DNA of 64,000 bases from Trichosphaerium sp. ATCC 40318. Its lineage: Eukaryota; Protista; Tubulinea. Both the position numbers and the translations under genes were made by a program. Position 1 is the first letter of the stretch. Every line of letters starts with the position of its first letter. Of the stretch, positions 13,302 to 26,230 are shown piece by piece. The notes beneath the pieces were generated by a model, which saw only the letters and a program-made list of their open reading frames with translations, was not told where the DNA came from and made no database searches. The DNA lies in assembly GCA_038496445.1 (NCBI GenBank), contig JALMLS010000270.1, forward strand, positions 42,660 through 106,659, read 5' to 3'.

Positions 13302-13844
13302 TTGCTTCAGCTGTTGTATTAGTTATATTTCTCTTTGTGGTTTAAAATCTCGGATTGACTACTGATTGTGAATCTACGAGCCGGAGTTTTTGAAGGTGGC
13401 CTATAAATAAAAAGTCATGTGAAAAAGAGAAGGAATGTTACGCTTTTTTGTTGTTATCAAGAGATACATAGATACGATGACTTACACATGTAAATAGTTA
13501 CCGCCATAATGTTGTGCATAGAGATATAGCTTGAGATGTAGTCTACGCCATTTAGTATATTGTTCATTAGTCTCTTTGAAGGTAAACACTTGTAGACTAT
13601 TGTCTGTTAGGTTTAAAGACCTCTGTGCTTATTTAGGCTACATGAGCGGTTACAATCTCGTGAATGATCTCATGAACTATCTCATGGTAGCAGAAGGTCG
13701 CGGCGTGATATTGACGATAAAGGTTGAGAGTAAACGCGTGAATGTGAGCAATCTGTTACACTTTAAACACTTTGATACTACCAACAATTTGTACATCGAT
13801 ACTGGGCTCGAGAGTTAATTGATACTAGTAGTCCTTAAGTCATT

Positions 13845-14313
13845 CTCAAGGTACAGCGACAACTAAGTATACATTCGCATGTACGACAGGAAGCATGTTA
13901 AAACTATAACAGGTGGACATGTTTCATCTTCACAGTCGACAACATAAACTACAAAGTAAATCAGAATTAATCAAAACAAAAAATTGTCAATATTGTCTGT
14001 CTCATTCAAGTTTACTATTATTTTCTAGAAAGAGAGCGTAGCACTTTTAGCAGATCTAGCAAGAATTAACAGTTCTTTCAAAAGGTGTAGATCTATCACA
14101 ATGTGAACCATTTGCGTGATAATGCTGTCCTTCATAGTGGGGTTTTTTGATAAAAATCAGTCTGTCTCAAAACTTGCATACCAATAGACCTTAGTATCGC
14201 TACCAGTTATTAGCGCATTATTTATACCCATATTCTGAGTGTGCTTTCAACAATAATTCTATCAGCACCGTCATTACCATTGACAACATTTTGAAGTCGT
14301 TGAGTCAGGTTCT
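13845..14313 (-). pseudogene. Decayed 3' fragment of a paralogue of the RTX-like gene
   Basis: 13850-13947 resembles 11787-11885 (shared ggacatgtttcatcttcaca). 14189-14313 resembles 11967-12097 but is frameshifted. No upstream exons seen. Confidence 0.75.
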
Positions 14314-14549
14314 ACAATAAATATAAACGGCATAATTGTTTGAAAACTTATTCTTGTTCAAGATACTTAGCTCGCTAAAACGCGCTTGCTGGTGTTTCAC
14401 CGTCATTACAACGATACAGTATGGTTCAATATAATATTGTATGGCAACCAAAAAAGAATCCTACGGCTGCCTCCCGTCTTATTAAACGTGCCAAAAAAAA
14501 ACAAAAAAAAGAATTCCGTTTCACTATTTAAACGGTTTGTGACCTATTC

Positions 14550-17500
14550 AATCGTGTGGAGCACGTAACTGGCATCACATCGTTATACAAGATGCAAAAA
14601 AGTGGTACATAGAAGCTGTTTCGATAAAGGCGCGTTCAAATACGTGAACATGAAGACAGGTTCATTGCCATCAAGGCAAAAAAAAATAATACAAAAACAT
14701 TCGACAAGCGCAAATTTATACTTCCATTTAATACATTATTTGTGAGGAATGCTTTAATAAAAACTGTAAACAAGTTGCAGCTGAACCAACAGCCTAGTGA
14801 GAAGAAAGTAAGAAGAAAGTTTATAACAATAAGAAAAAAAAAAGAAAAAAAAAGTTAGGTACCTTTGTGAAGTTTATTGGATCATCCTTTATCTTCGATG
14901 ATATCATCAAAGATGGTGCAATACTAATAGATATTGCATTAAAATCCATTCTATTAACAGCCTTATGAGACTCCAACAATAGAAAGAATTTCATCAAGTT
15001 TTTCCAAGCATCTTTGTTCTCATACGGCATTGAATTATACTCCTTCTTAAAAGCTGCTATATTAGCTGCGTCACTTCCACCTTTAAAATCTACAAAATAA
15101 AATAGTTAGTACTGTGGGTAGCCTGCGTAGTTACTACAGAAATATAATCTGTAGGTAGTGATGCAGTTTTTAAAACCCTGTCACGGTTTCTGCACTTACT
15201 TAGTGAACAGAGAGTCTTGAAACTTGATTCAGGCCATAACGAATCTGGTAGGTTTACTAAGTATAGTTTTAAAAGACCAGCTATTGTATATGCATCTTCT
15301 CCTTCATAATCAATATTTTTACCTACGAGGAAACATATCAGTTTTGTTTTCTAATATACTTTTCCGTGCCATCATCAATGAGCTCTTTGAGCATTATTAT
15401 CCTCCCCTTAGCACCTGGTATACGTATCATACCCTCCAATCGTACACCGTTCTTTATTAATGCGTTACAACATCCCTGAACAGAAAACATGAGATCAGTG
15501 TAACAGTCAACCCAGAAGTACTTATGCTTATGGTTTTAATCCTACGAAACCGTACCTCTATAATGTGAGGAACACCATCATCTATAGACCTCTTTACGCT
15601 AGCTTTGAGCTTTTTTTTGAAATGAAACTGTGATTTTACTGTATTGTCACTACATAGACCAAACGTAAAAGCAATTGTGCCACTAACTTTTAATGAATTT
15701 TTTCTCCCATATTTTTTATCCGGTGATAATTTGTATTTACGCTCAATACATGACTGCCCTGAACAAGGTGTTTGTGCTAATAACTCCCTACATTATAAAA
15801 ATTAGCTCAAAGACTTTTTTCACAATCCCACTGTGTACAACAAACAATATAATTCCACTTTCATATCAAAAAACAACAAAAAACGTACTCTACTGTAAAT
15901 GATACAGCCCCTTCAAAATCATCTCTACTAACCCTATCATGATCCCATACAGATACTGTAATAACGCTATCTCTACTAACATTTCTATTGACAGATAATG
16001 AGCTTATTGAACATTGTTTAAATAGCATGGACGTACGCTACCCACTGCAAACAAGGCCAATTAGGATTAAGTGTTTTCCAACGTATCTTTGTTTGCTTTT
16101 TAAATTTTCCAACAGAGAATTTACAATAAGGGTCTGACAAACCATCTTCGAGGTTAAGTTAACAGTAACCTTAAATACAAAAAAAAAAGGGCAGAAAAAT
16201 AACAGCGCAAGCGACGTACTTGCATCCTTTGGATAAAGGTTACGACAACAAATATCATGGACAGTTATATACCCCTTCCATTTCTGCACATCAAGTACAC
16301 CACGTGACAGAATAGGTGCCCATAGTATTGGTTTCATTAACGCGTATCTCATGAATAACACTATATGCAAAAATAAAAGTTACAACTTTTTATGTGAGTT
16401 ATCATGTGCGTTTGTACCTGGTTGATCCGTCGCTGATACACGTATTTCATTGTACATGTCGTTATTTACACTTAATATACTCCCTGTATACACCATAATA
16501 GGTAGGATATTGCCAAACGTCTTTCTGACATGCTACAAGGAAATTTAATACACATAGTGCTAAGAAAAAATAACATTTTCTGCCATACCTTAACGAATAC
16601 TAGATGAGCATCGTCATCCATTAGCTGTTTTCTGTTAGTCGCTAAGCGACAAAATGGGTTGCTTTCGAGCGTAGTTTTATTAAGTGCAAGGTATGCTACA
16701 AGTTGATGCCAATCTACAAAAGTATAAACCTTAACGCCGTGTGTTTCAAACAAGGAAATAAGCGTTCTACAAAAAAGAATAATAAGTCTACAAAAACACA
16801 AAAACGCATACGAGCTATGTATTTACACACTCTCGAAAGAGTACATTCAAAACAACACTGTTTTAAAAAAACGTAGACGCACGCATTTTCAGTAGAAGTC
16901 GGATTAGGCTCAACCCACAATAGTGTTGAATGAGAAAAAAAGCGAGTAAATCGCAAATCATCTCTCTTTTGCTCCTCGTACATGTCGTTTGCTTTTTGCG
17001 TAAGATCGATCAAACGTTTAAATCCGGTGCTGAGCGTTGCATCGCATGTGGGAGCATAGACTAACGTTGTAACCGAGCTCATGTTGTTTTTCGCAAGTAA
17101 ACTTTGAGAATCAGTAATGAAAGTCTGCTGGGAAGCCTCTGAAGCTGTGCCATCCGTTGAGACTAGTACTCGAATACGTCCTCTGTCCAGAGAAGCCAAC
17201 CTTGTACGATAATTTAGTAAAGCAACACCTGATAGACATCTACAAAAATGATACTGACGCTACGTACACTCAGATAACGCAAAGGCCGTGATCAGAGAAT
17301 AGTGCGCGGTATTTTTAATTATTGACATCAAAAGCAATCATTTACGCGCACTCACTTCGGTAGTATAGTCGTTAGACTATGTATGCTTTGTATTTCCACA
17401 ACTGAAACGGATAGCTTGTTTTCAACTATGTGACCCATTAAAGGCTTGATAATATCGCTAGAATGCCCCTGCGATATTGCGATGGACAATAACTGTTCCT

Positions 17501-17630
17501 CATCTTGTTTTAGTTTCTCAACAACGCTATCTAAATACAAGTTACTAACGGGGACGCTATATCAAAAATACGTACCAATATCTGCGTCTTCTTGCGAATA
17601 GCTATGCATTTTTTGTAGACGACCTGCCAT
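14550..17630 (-). CDS. C2-domain + RhoGAP protein, possibly with an N-terminal Sec14/BCH-like region; 3' end approximate
   Basis: C2: ITVHDICCRNLYPKDA-NGLSDPYCKFSVGKFKKQTKIRWKTLNPNW. RhoGAP: GVPHIIE..NGVRLEGMIRIPG, DAYTIAGLLKLYLVNLPDSL, LMKFFLLLESHKAVNRMDFNAISISIAPSL. Confidence 0.85.
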
Positions 17631-18247
17631 CGCTTAGTTTAGCTCACCCAATCGTGCTTTAGCGAATACACAAATTTTACGTTTAGCGAACAAGCTTAAG
17701 TATTCTAAGGACCACAACGGTTCGTTCAAAAGTCACACTAAAGTGTGTAGCCACCGCAAGAGCATACACATCGTGGGTAGTGTAATTGATAAGGGCTGGA
17801 AGGTTTTTGTGACAGCAGACCGTTTGGACTGGATATGAACCGGTTTTTTCGTTTCACTCCGTAACCGGTATTATGATAATCAGCCACAACCGTATATTCT
17901 CAAAAATGCCCTCAACGGTATAATACTAATTAGCCAAAATCGGCCAGATCGGATGTGACCAGCCATAGATTTTTTACGTGACCTCATCTGGTTCTGGACA
18001 TTTTGATCCAAGCTTGGAACTGACCAGGAAGGCTGTATTTGTGGTATATCCACCTAACGGTCGGATCGGTATTTCTGCCATCTCTATGCGGTTTAGAGTG
18101 AAGCGACGTTCAGAGTACAGGCCAGGTTAGATTGATTTCATTCCTAGAATGAATCTAGATTGAAATATCACGTAATTCTAAATCAATCACATCTATATCA
18201 ATCTATATTAGATTGAACTGTTCTAATCATAATTTTAATACACCAAC

Positions 18248-19004
18248 ATGAACAACAACGCAAGCAAAGCAATAAATATCAATCGCACTTCTCCTCATAT
18301 CAATTGCCCATTCACAATACACAAAACAAACACCAAACGGGAGCCACAAATGCAAAATTGTGAATGCTGTTGCGAAAAAACAAACGCGGACACGAACTGC
18401 TTATATCAATGCTATAAAGAAGTACCATCTTCAGTTGTTGACGAGGTAACCATGTTACCAGCACCTATTGAAACTATGCCTATTGAAGGATGTCACTTTA
18501 TTTCATGGGACATTCGTAACTGGTTGCATCACGACAAAGCTTGTGAACAGTATTCTATTCTGAATTCCAACGTAGAATATAAAAAAGGTAAATATCAATC
18601 ATAACTTGCTCGCTTTTACTTATATAGTGGTAGATACAGGCTGTCATATATTGACTGATCATACTGATATAGAGGACGTAGATGGCCATAAATATGTTAA
18701 ATTCGTTGGCGCACGTTTCAATCTACTTTATTTCGTAAAGTACGGCAAAGAAGAAACGGCTATTTATGACAAAAACGAGAGTGGCGATTACGTATGGTGG
18801 CCTGGCGTACAACGACACTGCCTTTGTGGAACTCACTTATGCGGGCAGCTGGACTGTTTAAACTGTGGTCACATGCATTTTGAACCTCAATCAATCAACA
18901 AAGAGCGAAGGACATGCACTCAAGCTGGTAAGTGCACGGGAGATCATTATTACACCTACCCAGATGGTAGGCGCGTGAGATGCCCGGATTGCATACTAAA
19001 ATAA
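18248..19004 (+). CDS. Orphan Cys/His-rich protein, 2 exons
   Basis: ORFs 18248-18604 and 18606-19004 are joined by a short GT-AG intron (~18588-18627). Multiple CxC/CxxC/H clusters. Confidence 0.55.
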
Positions 19005-19467
19005 ATTTGTTTCACGATTACAAGGCCGTTTTGTTTCCCTCTTGTAGTTGAAAACTCCTCGCGGTTTGTAGTAAACCAAACGTAGATAGATACACTGCCT
19101 TGGTTAAATGTGACAGTTAACGCACTACCTTTACTCAAATCGCTACTACGACAGAACTCTAAGCTGAAATTAGCGTGTGGTACCGTCTTTGGCCTATCTC
19201 TTCCTTTTGGTTATTATTATTTCTTCAAAAAATGTCTCAATAGCACTTCGTAAGCTCAATTAATAGTTCCACGATAACGCTGAGGTTACTCTTTCTCTAC
19301 CAAAAGTCTCGGTTGCCATTACCGACTTCTATTCTCTACTAAGCTCCAGAGAGTATTAGTACAGTAGAGTCGAGATAAATTTTCCGCTATTTGAGTACTA
19401 TTATCAGGCGAAATAAATAATTTGACTTTCATTTTTTTTCTAACATATTTCATCACTGTCTCAAAAA

Positions 19468-20138
19468 ATGCGTCACGTTGCTGCCTATTTACTTTGCGTT
19501 CTCGGAGGAAAGGAAAAACCATGTAAAGATGATGTAAAAGCTGTCATTACCGCAGCTGGTAAGATTAAACGCACAGGAAAATACTAATCTAGGCGTAAAG
19601 GAGGCGAAGCTGATGATGCTCAACTCGACAAACTGATCGCTGAACTTGGCAGCAAAAACATCGATGATGTACTCAAAGAGGGTCAAGAGGTAATATAAAC
19701 GTTATTACAATATAAACGAGGCGAAAACAGAACTTTCAGTCTTATTTTTTGGGTTTTGCGTTGAATGCGTTGTATTCGCTGTTTTAGCGAAATGTGCGCT
19801 TACGCGCGACTAAAGAAGGAAACTATCCAAGTCGTGTACTAAAGGAATAATAGAAATTGAGCGCTCTTGGACCTATGTCAGGTGGTGGATCCGCCGGTGG
19901 CGCAGCCAAAACAGCAGATGCCGCTGAACCAGGTACAATTACAGTTTTTTTTTCATGCAGTGAACCTTACCGTTTATTTCCTGCACAAAACGTATCTCCT
20001 CCTTCCACTACAATGATTTTGTACCCTTTCTTTGTTAACGATTTAATAGAACCAGAAGAGGAGGAAGAAGAAGAATCCGAAGCCGATCTCGGCGGTGGTG
20101 GTCTCTTCGGTGGTTCCGACGATGATGACGACTGGTAA
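19468..20138 (+). CDS. RPLP2: 60S acidic ribosomal protein P2, 4 exons
   Basis: MRHVAAYLLCVLGGKEKPCKDDVKAVITAAGGEADDAQLDKLIAELGSKNIDDVLKEGQEKL, an Ala/Gly hinge, and an acidic tail ending DLGGGGLFGGSDDDDDW. Confidence 0.95.
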
Positions 20139-20615
20139 ATTTTTAGATGGAGCGGTTTTTAATGCGCTTGTAAAAAAAAAACATAAAAATTACTGTAATT
20201 ATCAACTTTGGTGTACATTGTGACAGTTGTTTACCACATGTGTCATTACCAGTGATGTGGAGCTATTTGGCTATGAGCCCTATATAGCCGGAGATGAGCT
20301 ACTAAGCGTTTTGTTACGTGACGTAACGGTATGTGTAGATACCGCGAAAAGTTAATCAAACGGTACAGCAGAGCGATCATTGCTTACTTTCCTAGTTTAG
20401 CGACTTTCTTGTTTTTTCGTTATGTCAGACTTTTTTTATAAACACGAACAAGATATTCGTACAGATACTCACAGGAGTGCGGTACTTTTTTAAACCTAAA
20501 ATGGACTATTGACTACAAATGACCCCGATTGTTGTGTAACGATCGAATTCAGCCGGTGAAACTAGCAAGTGTCGAAATAATACGTTGAGAGTATTTAAGA
20601 GGGAAATTTAGAGCT

Positions 20616-23600
20616 ATGAAAGTTATCGTAGCACTAGCCTGCTTTGTTTTGCTCGCGTGCACTAACGCACAATGGCGTCTTCTTCAAAGCAGTGATACAA
20701 AGGCTCTATCCAGTGGTTCAATGGTGCAACTCGTTTTTTTAGCCTACAGTCTACTAAATAACTAACAATTGTAGACGCTGTTCCTTGAGAACAATTACGA
20801 TATAGATTTGGCATTACTTATGGGCAATGACGGTACGAGCGTTATAGATAGCTCTGGTCTTGTTATTCTAGCAGATGACAACGGTACGGCAATAAAGAGT
20901 TCATTGAGTGCTTAATCGGCAACAATCAACAAACAGCTTTTTAACGCTACCAGGAACTATTAAATTCTCACAAACAACACCTCACAACCTTGCCTCCAGT
21001 TCTCCAATGCAAGACCATGTAGCAACTATGCACCCTGGCGCAAGTACGTATCAATCATTTACATCAATACTCTTTGCAACAATACGTATTGTTTTTTACG
21101 TAAAAAACGTTTATCGCTCGAAAAGGCGACTTCAAAGTCCAAAATTAATTAAGAGTGTTACGTAATGATCATCACTAATATACCCCTTCAGATCAACCTG
21201 TTTTTTCGAATAACATCCCTGTAAATAAGACTGGATTGGTGACAGTCTTCGGTTATGATGGAACAGATTATATAGCTTCGCCACTCGTATTACTTCGTAA
21301 TAGTTCAGGTACTAGCTTTCAAAAATGATTGACATGTTGATTAATAATTTGTGTAGCTTCTTTTGTGGGTATAAATGGTGGTGTTGGTACACTTGTACGT
21401 GACGATCTTGCGCGTGGAGAGTACGCTCAGTGGTTCTGGAGAGAGAATGATGGAGATTCTGGTTTTTTGTTCGTGTTTGGCGGCAGAAATAGTGCGTTTG
21501 TTTCAGAGTAAATATTGTTGTAACGTTGGTAGATACGTCATTCTTTTCCGACGTGCTTAAACTGGATTTTGGTAAGTCTATTGTGTACTCCTACTATTAA
21601 CAGCATTACAGCAACAAACATATGGACAATAGTATCTGCTACTGGCGATGTACCAAGCGGCCGTGCTGGTATATCTTGGGTTGTAAATGAAGCAAATGAT
21701 AGTGCTTACTTCTTTGGAGGTACACAGAACTAGTTGTCATTTGAATAAAGCCATAAACTTACTCGTATGTTAGGTTACAACGGTGAAACGTATTACGATG
21801 ATTTGTTCCAATTTAACTACGGTAATGCTTGTCGTATGTTAGTACAAGTACTAACACGATTAATAGTAACCAATGTCTTTACAAAATTAAACGGTACTGG
21901 TACTAAGCCATCCCCGCGCGCAAATCATATTGCCGAAGCCTTGGGACCATCGTACGTCACAGCTTAAAGAAAAACTAAAGTTAAACAATCTGTAGGCAAG
22001 ATAAAATGCTTATCTTTGGTGGTCGCGAAAGCAACTCTACGTTGGCTAGTAGTGAGGTATATGAGTATGATATTGCAACGAACACATGGCAAGAATACTG
22101 TCTTACAGGTTCGAAAAAAATTGAACGACTTTTTTGAATGATCTATGTACATTGAAGCTGACAGTAGCCGTAGCGTCCGTACCAGAAGCTAGATACAAGC
22201 ATATGTCAGTTAAACTTGAAGAAGAAAACTTGTTTGTCCTTTATGGTGGTATTAACGCTGCTGGTACCACGCTAAATGACGTTTGGATTTTCGGTAAGAT
22301 TTATTTTTGTTGGTGTTGTTCTTTCACACTAACATTTCTTTTGTAGATATCAACATAGAGCGTCAGCAAAGGTATTTATTTTTTATTTTGGTTGTTTTTT
22401 CTTCAAAAAATAATACACGTGAGCGTAATTATTTGGATAGATGCGAAGCTTATGGAAACCCAGATAAATGTGCCTTTGGTGAACGTGGATGTCTTAATCT
22501 TATCACATGTCCTATCACTGTACGAAACTTTATAGTTACCTCATGTTGACGCTTGCTAAGGAATCAAAATGTTTTAATGGATGTGCTGCAAACCGTAGTT
22601 CTTGTGAACAACAAACTTGTTCTGGAGCAACGTACGTAATTGCCTAAAGAACTGGAATCTGTTTAGAAATTAATTAAACTCAAATAATTTATTATTGTAC
22701 GTTTACCACTTGCCTAGTTGTCCAGAGGGTGCATGTGTTGTAAATAATAATTTTTCAGACTGTGATGTGCTACCACGGTGTCCAGTGTTGCAAAAGAGGT
22801 ATTTAATTAACACATTATCTCTTGACAGATTGGCATCTTTGTTGACTGTGATTAGGTGTCCAGGTCTTGGAACATGTGTGTCAGTTGACACTGTATGTGC
22901 TGATCAATGCGCAGGTGACGCGAAATGCGCATACTTTGATGCAAATAATGGTATATTACCTACTTGGTGTTTACAGAGTGTTTGTTTGTACGAGTTCAAT
23001 GGCTGCAGTGCAAATGCGAGTGCTAATCTACAGGTACGAAAATTAGTTTTTTATGACAATATCTATTGACTAGTCCTTACCTTTTGTCCTATGAAGTGTC
23101 CTAATGGAAAATGTGCTGCAACTATTGATGAGTGTAGAGGTTCATGCGTAGCACCAGAATTTGCTTGTTATGATGGCGGATGTAGTGCTGCATGCAAGGA
23201 CGTACGTTCTAACACTTGTTCTTTATTTCGCAATGTTTAATGGTTGTTATTTTAGCCTGCTTGGTATAAAACTCCACGTAGGTTCGATCTAGAAAGTCCT
23301 CTTTCGATACCTCGTGGTACACCTTTATATGGTGCGGCATATGATGCTAATAATGAGGTATTGGCGTACTTTAGGTTGGCATCATTCTCCAATACTGGTA
23401 CGCTTGGCAAACAAAAAGACTCAATACAATATCACTGACTTGCGCGTTTAGTTGTTTCAGAATTTAATGTTCGATCCTTCTCCACTTCAAATCTAAAACA
23501 GATTGATCAAGTTCGTGAATCAGAACTACTTGCGGTTTGGGAAATACCAAGCTTTGAGGCAAATATACTATCATCTGTTATCAGAGTGACTGCACGTATG

Positions 23601-25472
23601 TGATTTTTATTGTTTCTTCGAAAGAACATAAAAACACTTTTTTGCTCTTAGTTTTGTTGTATTAACGTCAATTAGCTTCACTCCCTTCTGGTATTTCATT
23701 GACATTGTACTTTGGTGTAGAGGCAGGTTTTTCGGCTTCAAACACGTGCGACTTTGTCTTTTTTTGCATTTTTTTTTGCTAACCAAGAGCCATTAGTTGC
23801 TTAGGATATACGACTGTACCTGATGTTGCATCTGTTGGTGAAGCTTGGAAATGTGTTCCATCAGGTATATTCGATTATCCCACCATACTAGAAACACCTG
23901 TGACGTCATTTAATGACGGTACGTTAGCTTTGTGTATTTGTAACTTTCTCATGTTTTGATTAGCTCCAAGTAAGCGTAGTGTTCAGCAAATTGCTTCACA
24001 TGTTGGTGGTAGCGTAGAAGATATATTTAATAGTAATGGAAACGACCTTGTGTTTGCTGTAATAAGGTAGGTTCTAGTAATGTTATCATCGTACTAAAAG
24101 CTATTTCTACATAGGTTCGCACCTCAAACACCATCAGTTGCACCTACAACGGACGCTCCTACTACCGCTGCTCCTGTGTACGTTTAGTTACTAAAGATAT
24201 TCTCTAAATTATTTTAGTCTCGTGCCTTCTGCAAGTACAGCACCATTAGCAGAAGTACCATCAGGTAAATGTTGTATTTTTTTTTTGGTGGTTTAACTGA
24301 TTATTTTGGTATTAGGTGATGATAACTTAAATAAAATTATTGGTGCATCTGTAGGTGGTACTCTAGTACTTATAGTAATTCTTGTCATTGTTGTTTGTTG
24401 CTGTTGTTTGGGCGAGAATAGAAAGAATAATAAGGATGTACGTTCAATAATTTGTTTGTATTGTTGGAGTTGTTGATGGGCTTATCAATCTCCAGCTCTT
24501 TACCCTTTTCTGTAGTATCTTAACGATCGTGAGCTTATTTAATTTCTTTTTTTAGGCAAAGAATCCAAAATCTCAATACTACAGTAGTCGTATGGAACCT
24601 ATGACATCAAAGATTGATTACACATCTAGGTAAGTATTTTTTTACCAGTATTTTATTTTTATATTTCAACCGAAACTTATTGTTTGAATGTAGAGCCCAT
24701 AGTACTAGATCACAGATGCAAAGTCCTCAAGGTGATGGTGGTAATAGTATAAACCAAGGAAACTCAATCAACAATGATCGTACTATAAACGGTGGAGGAC
24801 ATCCTAATATTGTAAGTTGTATTCTTTCCTTTTTTGTTTTTTTTAATGAAGATGCTTCAACAGTTTGTCAAAAATCACGTGTTCTTTCATTTCCTTACCT
24901 TCTTTTCTCTCTAGGTATCTGTTAGAGGAGATGAAGATGATAACGAACCTGACGACTACGATAGTAACAATCTTCCTGATCTTCCAGCTGAACCTGATTT
25001 TGCACCAACTGATGATGATGATGGAACCTTTCAACCACCTGACGGTGGATTTATGATACCTGATGCTGGTCCTACACGTCCACCAGAGGCTTTTGAGCAT
25101 GTACGTATTCATAGCGTAGTAGAACTTATTACTGAGGAGTGTTACTTCTTATTCTTTTTTATAGTATGAAGCAAGCGGTAATATTGAAGGTGATGTCGGT
25201 CTACCAGATATTGGTGAACCCCCAGAGATTGACGGTGGTTTCTACATACCTGGAGGACCTAGTTCTCCTCCACCAGGAGATGTGCCAAGTAAGTATTATA
25301 GTCAAACCTCAGTTTCTCTTTTTTTTTTGTTTCTTGAACGCTATCTGACTTATTTACTTTAGTGTCTGAATCGGAGGAAACGCCACCGTTACCACCTAGA
25401 TCTAATGAAATGGAAGATGACCAAGGTTTTGTGATTCCTTTGCATGTAGATAGTAACAACGAGCTGTTCTAA
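20616..25472 (+). CDS. Type-I membrane protein: signal peptide, kelch propeller, Cys-rich repeats, TM, acidic/Pro-rich tail
   Basis: MKVIVALACFVLLACTNA. Kelch units (FVFGGRN, TGDVPSGRAG..YFFGG, PSPRANH..LIFGG, PEARYKH..VLYGG..LNDVW), CPNGKCAATIDEC-type repeats, TM IIGASVGGTLVLIVILVIVVCCCC. Ends PPLPPRS...DSNNELF*. Confidence 0.8.
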
Positions 25473-26230
25473 ACGGGGTACGTGGACCTATATATCTAAT
25501 TTGTTTGAAAAAAAAAAGTTCTTTCATTTAATGTATTTTTGTCACTTTTCAATGAAGCCTGAAGCTTTCGTCTGTATGCTAATTATTTACACAATACCAT
25601 CGTATAGCTGTTAGTTGTATTAAAAACAGTTAAATTTCAATTGTTTTTTCGTCTATGGCTAACATTTGTAATTAGGTATTTATTTTCTTTTCCCCGTCCT
25701 TGACAATTAAGTGTAATTGACTAATGATTAACTAAAGAGGATCAAACCAACAAATATCTTTTTTTTCTTTTAAGTATCAAGTGTGCACAGTAACTTGTAA
25801 TGTACAATAAATAGGGTTTGGCCTTTGTTTTTTTTTATGCTATTAGAATTAAAAACAGTGATCTAACTTTTTCAACCTTCTAGAAGACCTTAACATGTAC
25901 TAGACAAACAGAAAACTATGTGTTCAACAAGGGTTATTACTTTAGTATCAAATGTGATCAACATCCATATGAATTAAGTATTAGCACCAAGCGGTATATA
26001 CGAGTTTGTAAAAAGAGAATACTTTAGTGGATTCTGGTGGAGAATTTGTCTCTGCATTTTCCAGAACATGCAATGATCATTTGGCGAGTTAAAGCTTATT
26101 GATCAACGGTATCGAAGTTATTTAATTTCCCGTGGACTTATTATTGAAATGTCAAGTCCAGTTGTTCGGTTAAATTACTCAAGTAAAACTTCGTCTTTTT
26201 TGCTTTATTGGTACGCAAGAGATAGGATAA

